64,000 nt of DNA, taken from Trichosphaerium sp. ATCC 40318. Lineage: Eukaryota; Protista; Tubulinea. Under the pieces are notes generated by a model. It saw only the letters and a program-made list of their open reading frames with translations, searched no databases and was not told the DNA's origin. Of the stretch, positions 25,990-40,668 are shown one piece after another. The DNA lies in NCBI GenBank assembly GCA_038496445.1, contig JALMLS010000577.1, forward strand, positions 1,178,001 to 1,242,000, read 5' to 3'. Every line of letters starts with the position of its first letter. Within the stretch, counting starts at the first letter, position 1. A program made the position numbers and the translations under genes.

Positions 25990-26607
25990 TTACATTGAAG
26001 CTAGACTATTCAATACCGCTGCAAGTTTTGCGTCTGTTGTGCCATGAGTTTCACGCATGCAGTTACTAAAGCTGTCCCACAAGGCGTCACAAGTACTGAT
26101 CTCTTCTTTGGAGAGTGTTTGTTGGCGTGCCACTGCACGACAGGCAGTCAATGATACATAGTCAGATCCGCACTTCTGGTTGCGTAAGGACTTTACACAG
26201 CTCGCACACACGTCGTCATCTGTTACGTCCTTTCTACTTTCTGCCTTTGTCGCCCACAGTTTAATGTGTTTCGGTTTTTTAGTGCCTACGACGCTGGGAT
26301 TTAGGCCAGTAGGCGTAGTGGATGGTTTCAAAGACGTTTTGAGTTTGCACAGGGACCATCTTAGCCATGTTTCATTACATTGGCTAACATCACTCTCATC
26401 GAGCATCTGTTGCGTCGAGAGCATCATACACGACATATATTTGATTTGATAGTTACCACATGGCTTTGTTCTTAAATTGACAATACATGTTTGACAGAGG
26501 TCTTCTTCTACGCTTTTGAGCGTTTTACGTGTAGTTTTTGGCGTTGCCCATAATCGTAGCGCTGTAGTGCCTACAATTGGCGCAGAAGCCGGAGGCTCGC
26601 TTCCCAT
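25990..26607 (-). CDS. Protein with two tandem CxxC + twin-CX9C (CHCH; Mia40/GCK-like) modules
   Basis: Internal duplication. Cys spacings are CQTC..C-X9-C..C-X9-C and CASC..C-X9-C..C-X9-C. First ATG in the ORF is at 26607. Confidence 0.7.
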   Translation of the reverse strand: MGSEPPASAPIVGTTALRLWATPKTTRKTLKSVEEDLCQTCIVNLRTKPCGNYQIKYMSCMMLSTQQMLDESDVSQCNETWLRWSLCKLKTSLKPSTTPTGLNPSVVGTKKPKHIKLWATKAESRKDVTDDDVCASCVKSLRNQKCGSDYVSLTACRAVARQQTLSKEEISTCDALWDSFSNCMRETHGTTDAKLAAVLNSLASM

Positions 26608-26835
26608 AGATGCGTTGGGGGTTGTTTTGGGAAGCACTGAGTTTAAAAGTGCCGTTGACTTAACCGTACACTATTCGACTTTTACACTTACTGATCAAAT
26701 TACACCTGCGGCGTTCTGACAACAGTAAAACAAGAGACCCTCTGCGCTTACCTAAAAAGCACGTGACTTGCCTATAAACACTTCATAGCATGCAATTAAG
26801 AGTTTGACTTTCTTTAGAGAGTGTGGTGACACGAT

Positions 26836-28474
26836 ATGAATATAATATACATAATTAGCGTATTCGCATGTGTTATAGTTTGTTTGGGTGGAATTTGCAC
26901 CCAAAGAGCCAGTGACAACGTTAAAATGGCAGATGGCTTGGTATATAGCGCATTTCAAGATGTGCAAGCGCAACTCGTAGCAAGTTCTTTTCCTACAGAC
27001 GAAACTGGCCTGATTGGGCGCAATAAGCAATGGGGCACATTAATATCAGCTAGATTCCAAGTACGGTACTTTTCTAGTTCACAGTTTTAATAACGTGCAC
27101 AGATTGGTGCTGGCAGAGCCTTACGTGTGGCCTTGCAAGCTTCAAATCAAGACAAGCAAGTGTGAAGTTTTTACTTTAGTAACAGTCGTAGGATGTTATC
27201 AGCCATGCTGGCAATTGAAGTGGCGTGGAATACGACTGATCAGACTACAGGAGAGATGATAAGGTACTTCACCTATTGCGATAGCAACTTCTTTTTAGCT
27301 GACACGTGTTATTTAGCTTTGCTCCACCTGATGCTAATGGCACTTTAACTATAGCTGATAAAGCAAGCGCTGCTGCGTTTGCAATGGGGAGCTTTTGTGT
27401 TGCTCAAATGGCCGTTGAAAATAGGTAACAATGACTTACTAGAAATTGATAAAGTTTACTTTCTTGAAGCACTTTTGAGGATGTATCTGTACGGTCAAAG
27501 GCACTTCATTCAATTATTGCTAAAGCGCTTGGTTGGTTGTACACTGTGCGCACAGAATTATTCGCTGTAGACAAGTTAGCACCCAATAGATTACTCTTTG
27601 ATGCTAGATCTATGATCGGTTGTGCTACACTTGTGGAAGACACAATACCCTCAAGCGAGTTCATTGAGCTAATGTCAACTGGAGTGATGTTCATTGATGA
27701 GGCTTTAAAACAACAAAGACCAGATGGAGTCTTTATAGAAAAGGGTGGTCATGATACCTCTTATCAAGGTAAAAAGAGCGTAATATAATCACGTCTAGAT
27801 TCCTAATTGTGAAGGTGTTGCGCTTGAGATTGGATTTGATGTTACTCTGGCATTAGGTAATAGCTCTGTTAGTACTTGCCAACAATTATTCAGTGCACTG
27901 AATAATGGGACGCTCTGGGAGGCATCGAGGTAACAGTTTAGCTCAATCATTAACTAATATATTATAGAGTATTGATTTCCGGCCAATTAGACAGCACGAA
28001 TAACACAAGAACTTGTGGTGGCGGCGAGTCTTTCTTAGGAAATCCGAAAGATGCTGATATTCCTGCAATTTTCTCAGGCCTTGCCTTCAATGGTATTATC
28101 CTTTCAACTGAAATAATACTAAACTATTGTTAGGAGAGGTTGGGCTTACACCCAATGCGTCTAGTGCAGCAAGAAGGTACTAAAGTTAAAATAATGCTCA
28201 ATAAGCTAAGTCCATTTTTAGACTTGCCACGTGGTACTCAACCAACCCATCACCAACGTGTTTCGAGTTTAACATAACTTCACCTTCAACCATATCACCA
28301 CTTGCACCTCAGCAACCAAGCTCAGAACCTACAACCGTTCCACCACTTGCATCTCAGCAACCCAGCCCAGAGCCTACTTCAGTTGCTTCTTCGCTGTCTC
28401 CCATCACTTTTAGAATGCAAGGATCAATGATGCTAGCAATTATGGTCTTGTTTTGCACAGCTTTGTTTGATTAG
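26836..28474 (+). CDS. Secreted/surface protein: signal peptide, predicted helical enzyme-like domain, S/T/P linker, C-terminal hydrophobic (GPI-like) tail
   Basis: Signal MNIIYIISVFACVIVCLGG, motif QRPDGVFIEKGGHDTSYQ, duplicated PPLASQQPSPEPT-like linker, and tail MMLAIMVLFCTALFD*. Confidence 0.7.
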
Positions 28475-28592
28475 TTAAAAAAAAACACTCAATGAATTCA
28501 TGATGGTTTATTTACATTGGTTCATACAAGATATTTGCTAGCTCTTGTTACAAACTTTCTATTTCTTTTTTACCGCGCTTAAAAATGTAGCA

Positions 28593-31500
28593 TTACAACG
28601 CTGCGTTTGCACGGCTATTTAACATATTGGCAAATTCTTTTTGGTCCTCCTCTAACTTGCGTCTTTTCTTTTGTGCTCTCCTGTTCTTAACACCACCGTA
28701 ACCCTAAGTACAGCTTGTAAGAAACCAAATTGATTTCAAGTACCAAAAACAAAGTACCTTGCGTGTTTCATTATCTAATTTACGCTTAAATTTTCTGTCC
28801 CTGCGTTTCATTGCTAATTCATTCTCTTCTTTGCCTTCCATATGATACCAGCGACGTGTAGGAGCATTACTGGGATATAATCAGTGACAAGAAACGTTAG
28901 GAGTTAGGAGGGATGCGTACGGATTTCTGAATTGTTTTACAGTCATTGGTGGGCGTTTCTTGTCAAACTCTCTAACATCACGATCAACGAGAGAATCCAA
29001 GTTGGCAATGTCATCATCAGCATTGTCTATTTGCATTCTGCTATCACCAGCTTTGAATAAAGGCTTTTTCTTGGTTGCTTGAGTCAATGCTTCAGATATT
29101 TGTGTATCTCTTTCCTATCTCTTTGGTTAACAAAACCTTCGCTGCTTTCTGTTGGTGTAGGTACCTTCTTTAGCTCAAATTCCTTAATCTTTCTTAGTTT
29201 TTTATTTCTCTTTTTACGTTGGTTCTTTCTGCGATTCTTGATGGTCTTCCAAGACTCTTTCTTTGGTTTTGGAACTTTGAATTCTCCGTTTTCATCAATG
29301 ACAGCCTCATCAACCTTTGAGTCATCGGTGGTTTTAGGTGCTTGTGAATCCAGCATAGGTGGTAGAAGATCTGTTACTACATCAATATCACCCATGTTAG
29401 TTCTTTGTCTAACAGCTTTCTTGAGCTCTTCATCGTAGTCTTTAACACCTGTAAAAAAAAAGTTTAGAAATAGAGAAGTATCCATTTTATTAAAGCGTAC
29501 CAGAACCCTTTTGACTCAATTCCTTCTCACGTCGTTTTCTTAGCTTTGAACGTGCTTGAATACGTTGAAGTTTTCGCTCACGAACGCGTAACTTTGTCCT
29601 ACAAAAGAGATTAGACCTGATTGTCTATGTGTCATAAAGCACGTACATATCGTCTACAGCAAATTCAACAAATGGAATGTGCTTTTCACCAAAGATTGTG
29701 GCATTGGCATTTATCAATCGTAGAGCACGAAGAGCTGGCGCATGCTCTGCGAATTGAACAAAACCATATCCGGCTGAAAGTGGTTTGTTGTTTTTATCTG
29801 TAAATGTCTTATGGTACTGGATCTTAACTTGCTCAATTACTGGTACTCTCTCATCTGATTTATGACCGAATTTTAAGAACAAGTCACGAAGACCTCGTTC
29901 ATCAAACCATTGCGGTAGATTATATACTATTAAACGCCTATCTGAAAGATGGAAGTTTACATTCCTGAATAAAACCAGTTAGATAAGAAAACTTTAATCC
30001 AAAGATACGCTTACTTGAGCTTGGCATCTTTTGATTTCTTTGCCTTTAACAGCATAATATAAACACGTTTAGGAATATCTAAACCGTCTCCTTGTAGTCC
30101 TATGAAGAGCACGTAAGGATCGGAAATATTGCATATAGAACAAGAAAGTCAAATCTAGGCTTGCACTACATACCTCCCTCGCTAGCCAAACGCAAATTTC
30201 TGTTATCATTTTTGAATTGTTTTGATTTACGTTCAATCTGTTTTGCCTGACCTTTTGGTACAGCTAGAGATACAACAAGTGGCATGTCGTCAACATAAAT
30301 TTCAGAGTATTCGCTCATCATACGGGCGTCTTCCACTAACGGGAGGTGTCAATGTAAGTTAATTCAAAATGTATTCTTACCTGATAGTTCTTTGCGATTT
30401 TTGTTTATAAGGTAAGCCTCATAAGCTGAGGTGACAGCTTTAAGAGCGTTCTCAGAGCTTCGGTACTACCAATGACATAAGAACAATTTGTTTTGGTTTT
30501 CTTTAAAGGTACCTTGACAAAAGCTTTACCAAGAGGTTCTTTGGTTTCCCTGTCTTTAACAATTGCAACATATGCAAGTTTACCATATCTCCCAAACCTA
30601 TAATAACTATCAGCGCCCATTTGAATAAATATAAGCCATCATACGCTTCACGCAAGTCTTGTTCAGTAGTTTCGTAAGAAAGATTTCTGACGAACAACGT
30701 CTTGTTTTCTTCAACATCTATAACCATTGATTAACAACGAGCAACATTTCAACGAGTGCACCTTCTGTTTCTTGTCTATCTCTCCATCTAGCTTTTTTCT
30801 TTTTGCTTCTACTACTAGATGAAGACGAAGAGCTAGAGGAAGAGCTGGAAGAAGAACTTGAAGAGGAGCTCTCCTCATCCGATTGGTCTGATTCTGATTC
30901 TTCACCTGAGCTAGATGATGATTCGCTGCTATAAAAAAAGTTACTAATAAACTAGTTGTAAGGGTACTTACCCTGACTCATCACTGGATGATTCTGAATC
31001 AGAGTCACTGCCACTTGCGCTTGAGTCATCATCAGTTTCTGCGATTTATCATTAGGGATCTGATAGGGAGAATAGTAAAGTACGTTTGGCAAGATATGCA
31101 TTCTTAGATATTGCGAAATCTACAGCGATAGGCCAACCATTAAGCTCTTGGTCATTTGCTTCCTTTACAGCCTTCTCTGTGTGTTTTCTCTCAATGAAAT
31201 TGATAAACGCGAAAGGTTTGACAACACCTTCATCATTTCTTGGACGTGTCACTTCATATACCGGCCCAAAGAACTCGAACAAGTGTTTCAAATGTTGTGT
31301 AGTCACCTGTGAGTATTGTTAGGCCAGGAAACCACTTAACTGTCAAACGTACACTTCTAGCCAAGTTTCTTACAATAATTCTGTGCCTTTTTATGGATGA
31401 TTCATCTAAAAGCTTCGCTCTAAATTTCTTTTTTTGTATCGTGATCTTTTCAAGTTTAATCTTGGCCATGGCTGCGTCCTGTGAGTTCATTAGTGTTATC

Positions 31501-32537
31501 ATAATATGTATAATAACTAGAAACGTGCCTTGACTCTCTTGTAAATGACAACAGCTGTTAGTGGTCCAAACTTAGCAGGGAACTCCATCCTAAAGTACCA
31601 GTGAAAATATGTCCTTTTTTTTTCCGTTTGTTAAGTTGCTTACTTTTCTGCATTTGTAGAATACTTTTGAACATTCGTCCAAAGTGCATGATATTTGACA
31701 CCTTTAGGTACATTGTTTATCATTACAGTACGTTGAGCGCTATACCATTAAATTAGTATTTGAGATAATCGAAGAATAAACGCACATCTCCTTGTCAAGA
31801 ACATTTTTTGTTAGAACGTTTTCTCTGGGTCTTGCGTATTCTAGAAATAGCACGTTGCCTCCCATTTTTTTTTTCTAACAATGTAAAATTAGATAATTGC
31901 AAGGTACAACGTTAGAATTTGAAGCGGAATGGTTGTGTCAAAGAAAAAAAAAAAAAAAAAAAAAGAACATACGTTTAGCTTGCGCATTGCTTGCGTTGCT
32001 GCTTCTTCAGTCTCACTTTTTACAGTAAGTAATAAGAAACCCGTTTATAAATTATAAAAGCAAACCCGTTAGGCGTACAAATGGATAAAAGCGAATCCCT
32101 TGCATGTTGTAGTCCCTGTAAGAAATAGTTAATCACATGAGAATAAAATAATGGCCAAAAAATACGCGTCAAAACGAAAAAAGAAAAGTAAATACGCTGA
32201 TTTCGTTCTGCTAGGCATGTAACTACGCGTACCTTTTTCTGTGATAAGTAAAACCCTTGTAATTGTCCCTACACGAGCGAAATGCTCTTCCACCATGTAA
32301 AATAAATGTCAGCAGGTCACTAGAGTATCTACGTATCTCTTTTGTGCAGTCTTTGGGTAATCCTTGTACATAGAGCTTATTCAGTTTTAATTTACGGCGT
32401 GTATGCTCATTTGCTGGTTTTTTGATATTTTCTTGATTCTCTTCCTTTTGTTCCTCATCGCTGCTATAATCGACTACGTCGCTATCCACGCTGTCTTCAT
32501 CGTTACCGCTCAACGACGCGATATCACTGTCGCTCAT
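28593..32537 (-). CDS. RBM28: Nucleolar multi-RRM protein RBM28/Nop4 (60S biogenesis)
   Basis: Several RRMs (LYVQGLP, IIVRNL, TLFVRNLSYETTE, GYGFVQF), an acidic linker, and RBM28-type DNRNLRLA.EG and IPFVEFAVDD motifs. Confidence 0.85.
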
Positions 32538-32879
32538 GTGAGAATTTTAGAATAAAAAAAAACAATGCGTCAAATAATTCCCTTAACCAAGATTTTTTTA
32601 GTACTGCCGACTTAAATGCTTAGCAGAATGCACTTTTTGCCTCTCGTACGCCCTTGTTTGTATCTAAGTCGGAGAATTTTGAGACTCAGTCACACGTGCA
32701 ATGCTACTATTTTTTGAATTGTTTCAAAATATAGCCAATGGCTCTTCAACAATCAAACTGTCCGTTTGTACTTTTATTGCGTTAGTACACTGGTGAAGGG
32801 CAACTTTAGTTACACAACTGCTGTTATATTGTCTGAAATAAGACATTTTTGTAATTGTAATTTCTAGACATTTGACATG

Positions 32880-33513
32880 TTACTTTGTCATGTCTCTATC
32901 ACTGCTCTTCTTTAAGAGCGACCTAAAATCTGTGGTTGGCTTTTGTTCTTCCTTTTTGGGTGTGTTTGTGGGTTTTTTTGTCTGTTTCAGTTTAATAGGA
33001 CCTCCACCGAATAGAGCACCAATACCACCCTTTTTTACACCTGGTGTAGGTACCATAGGTTTTCTGGATGGTACTGAAGGTTCAGGAGCTCCCTTTAATG
33101 TACAGTAAGCATGAGTAGTCCAATGTTGGAACATGGTGCGCACCTGAGGTGTTGATTTAGTGCTAACTTCGGACCGGCTGACTTGTCCTTTTTGGATTAG
33201 CGCCTCACGCTGCTTCTCAAGGGCTCTGGCCGCGTATACTGTGCTTGGTGGCCTTTGTATTAACTATTAATTAAAGTACCTCTAAAAACGCTCACCGTCT
33301 TCTTCTACGTGGTTTAGAGAGCTTCTTAATATATGTAAGGCGTGGTTTAGAGCTACCCATTAAATCTAAAGCCTAAAAAGGTTAGGGACCGTTTTTCGTT
33401 GGTCTCACATAACATACAGAGCTCTCGACGAGTTTAAATGTAAAAGTGACACTAATCTCGCCCGATTCTTTTCGGTTATCCACGAAAGAAGACACATTAG
33501 TTTCTAAACCCAT
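32880..33513 (-). CDS. Small Pro/Lys-rich putative actin-cytoskeleton protein
   Basis: Spliced exons contain RLTYIKKLSKPRRRRPPS, GGIGALFGGGPIKLKQT and TTDFRSLLKK. Start is uncertain. Confidence 0.5.
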
Positions 33514-35133
33514 GTTTGGATGCTGGTCTTGGTGGTGTGCTAGAGATTTGACTTAAACAGAATTTGTGTCAAAAAAAACGGCCTGTTGCACGAGTTGCAG
33601 CCTAGAGCCAGATTACGTAAGCATTCCACACATGCTTATCGGCTTTAAAAGATGCTGTTAAACAAGGTAGTGGAGTGTGAGAGCATAAAATTACGTTGTA
33701 AGCACGGAAAAAAGTACTTACTTAAAAGCAACAACTTTTTGCCTTAAAAGGAAAGTAGCAACGTAAAACTCCTTGAACACGGTTTCATGATGCCTGCACA
33801 TTACACAGACTTTTAATTGTTCCAAATATGTAGGAACTGAAGTTATAAGTGTTTTACAGCGTTTAGTGGCTAATGTTAATTGCTCTTTAAATCAAAGAAC
33901 AATACTATACAAGCGTTATTCGTGCGTAGGATATGCGTTTCCAAGCATAAAACGCTGTTTAAAACAAAAAGTGGTATAATGCCAGGCAATGCCATCGATA
34001 TTAGCTAAACTATATAAACAGATCATATACTGTTTCTGCATAGTCACGGTTTGGACGTTTTGCCCTAGCCTTTAATATTGGTTTTACGAAAAATTCCAGC
34101 TGTAGAAAACTGGGCCATTTTTAAAACACATAAATGTGCCAGCTAAAATACATCACTTGCAACGCATGTGAGTATATCGGTGGCAATAACTGAGATAAAA
34201 TTGATTGTTTGATAACTTTGGGGAAAAAAAAATGTAAGTGAGTACTTTTGGTGCAAACGCTATTGGCATGTATTTTTACAATTGATCATAGTGGCACCAC
34301 TATGCCATATACTCATTTTCTAATGAAGAAAAGTGTAGAACATAACATATAACATCAGTGTAGAATAGTAAACCTTTTGTTTCATCAAATATCATTCAAC
34401 AAACTCCCACATTTGACGCACTTTATTGTGCGTTTACTTTTCAATAACATGCTTTGAGGCTATTAAATACGACCATTGACACCTACTCAAAGTGATGAAA
34501 ACATAATTGATAATGTGTGCAATAAGTATAACTTAGCTAAACAATGCTTAAAACAAAATTAAACTACTTTTAGAGTCATTGTAACATCACTGTTGGTGAA
34601 TGTTTCATACTCTGTATATATTATTCACAGTATGTATGGCTTTTATTCAAGCGTCAATCATAAAAACTATTTTCAACATCAAAATAATTTTGTTTTAAAA
34701 GTGATGCTTACATAATCTGGCTCATTTCTGGAACACTTCATCAAGTATTGCTTTTTTGCAATGACAACTCATACTTCAGTATACCTGTGACCAAAAAGAA
34801 CTTTGGTAAACAAGAAAACGTGTAGACCATTTTTCGTACTTACTGATCGCACTTCAATAGCTATAATTATGAACAAGTGGTGCAACTGCTACCCTATGCA
34901 CAAGAACAAAAAGGTAAAGTATTAGACAAACATTGTTTTAAAGGATTCCATTACTCCACTTGCAAGCGCACACGAAAATACAATTGAGTCAACAATGAAC
35001 GACAAGAAAAAAAAAATTGAACTTGTCCAAAAAGCTGTCACAAAAAAAAAAAAACAGAAGGAAATGTTAAGGTATAATTAAGCCACCGTATTTCAAGCAG
35101 AAACCGCGTGTACACAAATAAACATCAAGTGAC

Positions 35134-37801
35134 ATGTCTTTGGCTGCTTGCAGGGCCGTCAGAATTACAAACAACGCTGGATTGCGGAAAAATGTCCAAA
35201 GGTCTCTCAAACCTACCAGGTCCCAATTTTTTGCTTTTTCTTATACCCTTTCCTGTCCAACAACATGGATACATTTTGAAATGAAAACGTTGTAAACTCA
35301 AGTAAACCAGCGTGATTATATCGCTAATTTGTCTCAAAACGTTTACTTCTTGCCTCACACATGCATTTTAATACGTTTTTTTGTGCCTATCACTAAAACC
35401 TCCGTCTTTTAGTGCGTACACTGCAAGGAGAAGCTATACTACTGTTTTGAACAAGAACACGGTCACCAAAGCATCAGTGGCCACAAAGTGCGCTTAAGAA
35501 AAATTTTACGAAATGCGTACTAACGTTGTGAAAGAGCACCGTTACGCTCTAAGGCTGGCAACCGCATGCAAATGAGGTTTTACAGCAACCCTTGGGATGG
35601 AGTTGACTTTGAAGTACTTCAAATGCCTGCTCTATCGCCTAGTATGGAGAAAGGAAACCTTATTTCCTGGGAAAAACAAGTTGGGGACGAAATACAACCG
35701 TCTGACATTATCGCGCAAGTTGAAACAGACAAGGTGAGCGTTAACAAAAAAAAACTTCGAAAAAAACAAAAATAACCGCAACTACAATCCCTGCCTGTAG
35801 TATTTCCATATTGTTGGTGATGTGGCTCCAGTGTTAACCGTTGAATAGGCTACTGTCGCTTATGAGGCTACCGATGAAGGTTACATGGCAAAAATGTTGG
35901 TGGAAGCAGGAACAAAAGATATTGATGTTCACACACCTGTTTGCGTTGTAGTTGCAGAGGAAGAGGATATTCCAAAACTTGCAAACTATACTGCTGGTGC
36001 TGGCGAGTCTGCCCCTGCAGCAGAACCAGCTGCTTCTGAACCGTCACAACCAGCAGAGCCTGCAGCTCCTGCAACACAGGTACTAATTGTTACCACCATT
36101 ACCAAATGAAAGAAAAAAACCCGAAAAAAACCCGATTAGAAATTTACTTGATATTAGGCTGCTGAGCCTCCAGCTCCATATACCGCTCTAGATATGCCAG
36201 CACTATCCCCTTCAATGTCACATGGCAACCTTGTGTCATGGTCCAAGAAGATTGGAGATCCAATCAGCGCTGGTGATGTTATTGCTGAAATTGAAACAGA
36301 TAAGGTAAAGTTCGAGCTATCTACTTTATTTGGCTTGTTCTTATATTTAAAAAAAGGCTACTGTCGCATTTGAAGCTACTGATGACGGTTTCTTGGCCGA
36401 AATTCTTGTACAAGAGGGTCAAGAAAAGATTTCTGTTGGCACACCAATCGGTATAATGGTTGATGAAGAAGAACATGTGCCATTGATGAAAGGCTTTAAG
36501 CCAACAGGCGATGCCCCTACACAAGGTTAGTGCTTACTCACTACTTCGTTTTTTTTTTGTACAAACTAATGGCTATTTAGCTGTTGAGGCAGCACCAGAA
36601 CCTACAAAAGCTGCACCTGCTGCTGCTACTGGTGAGTCAACACCTGCTGCTGCACCTGCTTCTACTGGAGGCCGCGTCACTGCTAGTCCTTATGCGCGTA
36701 AATTGGCACAAGAAAAGGGTTTCGATATCGCTGCAGTTAAAGGCACTGGTCCTAATGGCAGAATTATTGCCGCAGATATTTTGGAGTTCACACGTAAGTG
36801 TTGGATTTGTCAATAATGTTTTTAGATATTTACAGTCTATTAGCTGCAGCAGAAACAAAGGCACCTAAAAAACAACAAGCCCCAGCTGCCACAGCAACAG
36901 AAACAAGCGCTGTGCATGACGGTCTATCTTTCAAAGATATTCCAGTATCTAATGTCCGCCGCGTTATCGCTGATGTATTGACAACATCTAAACAAACTGT
37001 GCCACATTACTACCTCACTGTTGACTTTGAAGTTGACAAGTTAATGGCTGTTCGTAAGCAGCTAAATGATGAATCAAAAGGAGAATACAAACTATCCGTC
37101 AACGATTTCATCGTCAAGGCTGCCGCTCTTGCCTGTAAAAAAGTGCCAGAGGCCAACAGCCAATGGCGTGGAGAGGTCATCAGGCAGTACGTGTTTTTTT
37201 TTTTGTTTTCACAACATGAGCTCTGGTGACTTACATTTCGCTCTTAGATTCGAGAATGTAGATATCAATGTTGCTGTAGCTGCTCCTCAAGGACTCTTGA
37301 CACCTATTGTTCGCGGATGTGAAGGCCGTGGCCTCACTTCAATCTCTGTTACTACCAAAGACCTCGCTGTCAAAGCCAGAGACGGAAAAATCCATCCTCA
37401 AGAGTTAGAAGTGCGTTCCTTTTTAATTGGTTTTTGCCCAATCTTACTTTTTGTACTAATTTGTGTTGTATAGGCTGGTACATTTACTATCAGCAACCTC
37501 GGTATGCTTGGTGTTAAGCACTTCTCTGCTGTCATTTTGCCACCACAAGCGTGCATCTTGGCTGTAGGTGCAAGCTCACAAAAGGCTGTTATTGACGAGT
37601 CTGGTCCTGAACCTGCTCTCAAGAATGTATCAGTAATGGAAGTTACATTGAGTTGCGATCACAGAGTTGTAGATGGAGCTGTTGGCGCACAATGGCTTAA
37701 AGTTTTTAAAGACCTAATGGTACGACATTATGCTTTCATTTATTTTTGTACCATTCATCTAACAAACCTTTTAGGAAAACCCAATCAAGATGTTATTGTA
37801 A
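35134..37801 (+). CDS. DLAT: Pyruvate dehydrogenase E2 (dihydrolipoamide acetyltransferase), two lipoyl domains
   Basis: Presequence, two MPALSPSM...ETDKA lipoyl domains, an E3-binding domain (ASPYARKLA...GTGPNGRI) and catalytic [10 protein letters not shown]. Confidence 0.97.
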
Positions 37802-37993
37802 GAATCCCATTAAAATAAATTTTTTTAGAAGAACCAAGTCTGACATAACCCTAATATGTATGTTGCATACGTAAACTCCACTTGTGGTCTCCAAATACAT
37901 TTTTTTTTATTTCTTGTATCTTTAGTTCTTTTACACTGTATACTGTTGTATGGCTAAAAATTGTTGTTTGTCTGTCTTATTCGGATCCAAGGT

Positions 37994-40139
<2,146 letters not shown>

Positions 40140-40668
40140 GTTGTATATGGTGTACAAGCGCTTTGATTAATAGGAATAGGAAGTTGTTGTTTGACTTAAA
40201 CGGTTTTCATTAATTGTTTATCAGCTACATTCTAAAAAAGGATGTATAAGTCCCCTACGAATTACAAGACGAACATGTTGAACTAGAGCATCAAGACAAC
40301 ATTTGAGGTTGTAACCAAGTGCAACATTTCGAGGTGTCAACCGTTAACTAAGCAACTTTTGTACCGTGATTGTACAACTATCTTACATTGTTGCAGCGAA
40401 TTCGCTGTAGTTGAAAAGTAGTCTGTTTTTCTAATTTCTGCTTGTAAACAAATTACGGCAATCTTGCAAGTGTCAAGTATCTATGTGTCAATGGTCCACA
40501 AAACATGCTTTGGTGAAATACCCCCAAGTGTACTTGTACACGTAGTACAGTGTGCCAGGAGAGTATTTTTTTTTTTTGCCTGTCAATGTGAAATTGATTG
40601 ACTGTCTAAATCCCTTATTGATCAACGTAGCAGCGAGCTGCGCATTACTTTATCATTGAGCGAACGTT

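Noticed and set aside
27156-27191. Additional possible GC-AG introns (27156, and ~21083 in the VIT-vWA gene)
   Set aside because: In-frame GT donors exist nearby, so they were not counted.
33600-35100. 1.5-kb gene-free interval, possible ncRNA locus
   Set aside because: No recognisable tRNA, snRNA or snoRNA motifs and no convincing exon structure by eye. It would need an Infernal/Rfam scan.
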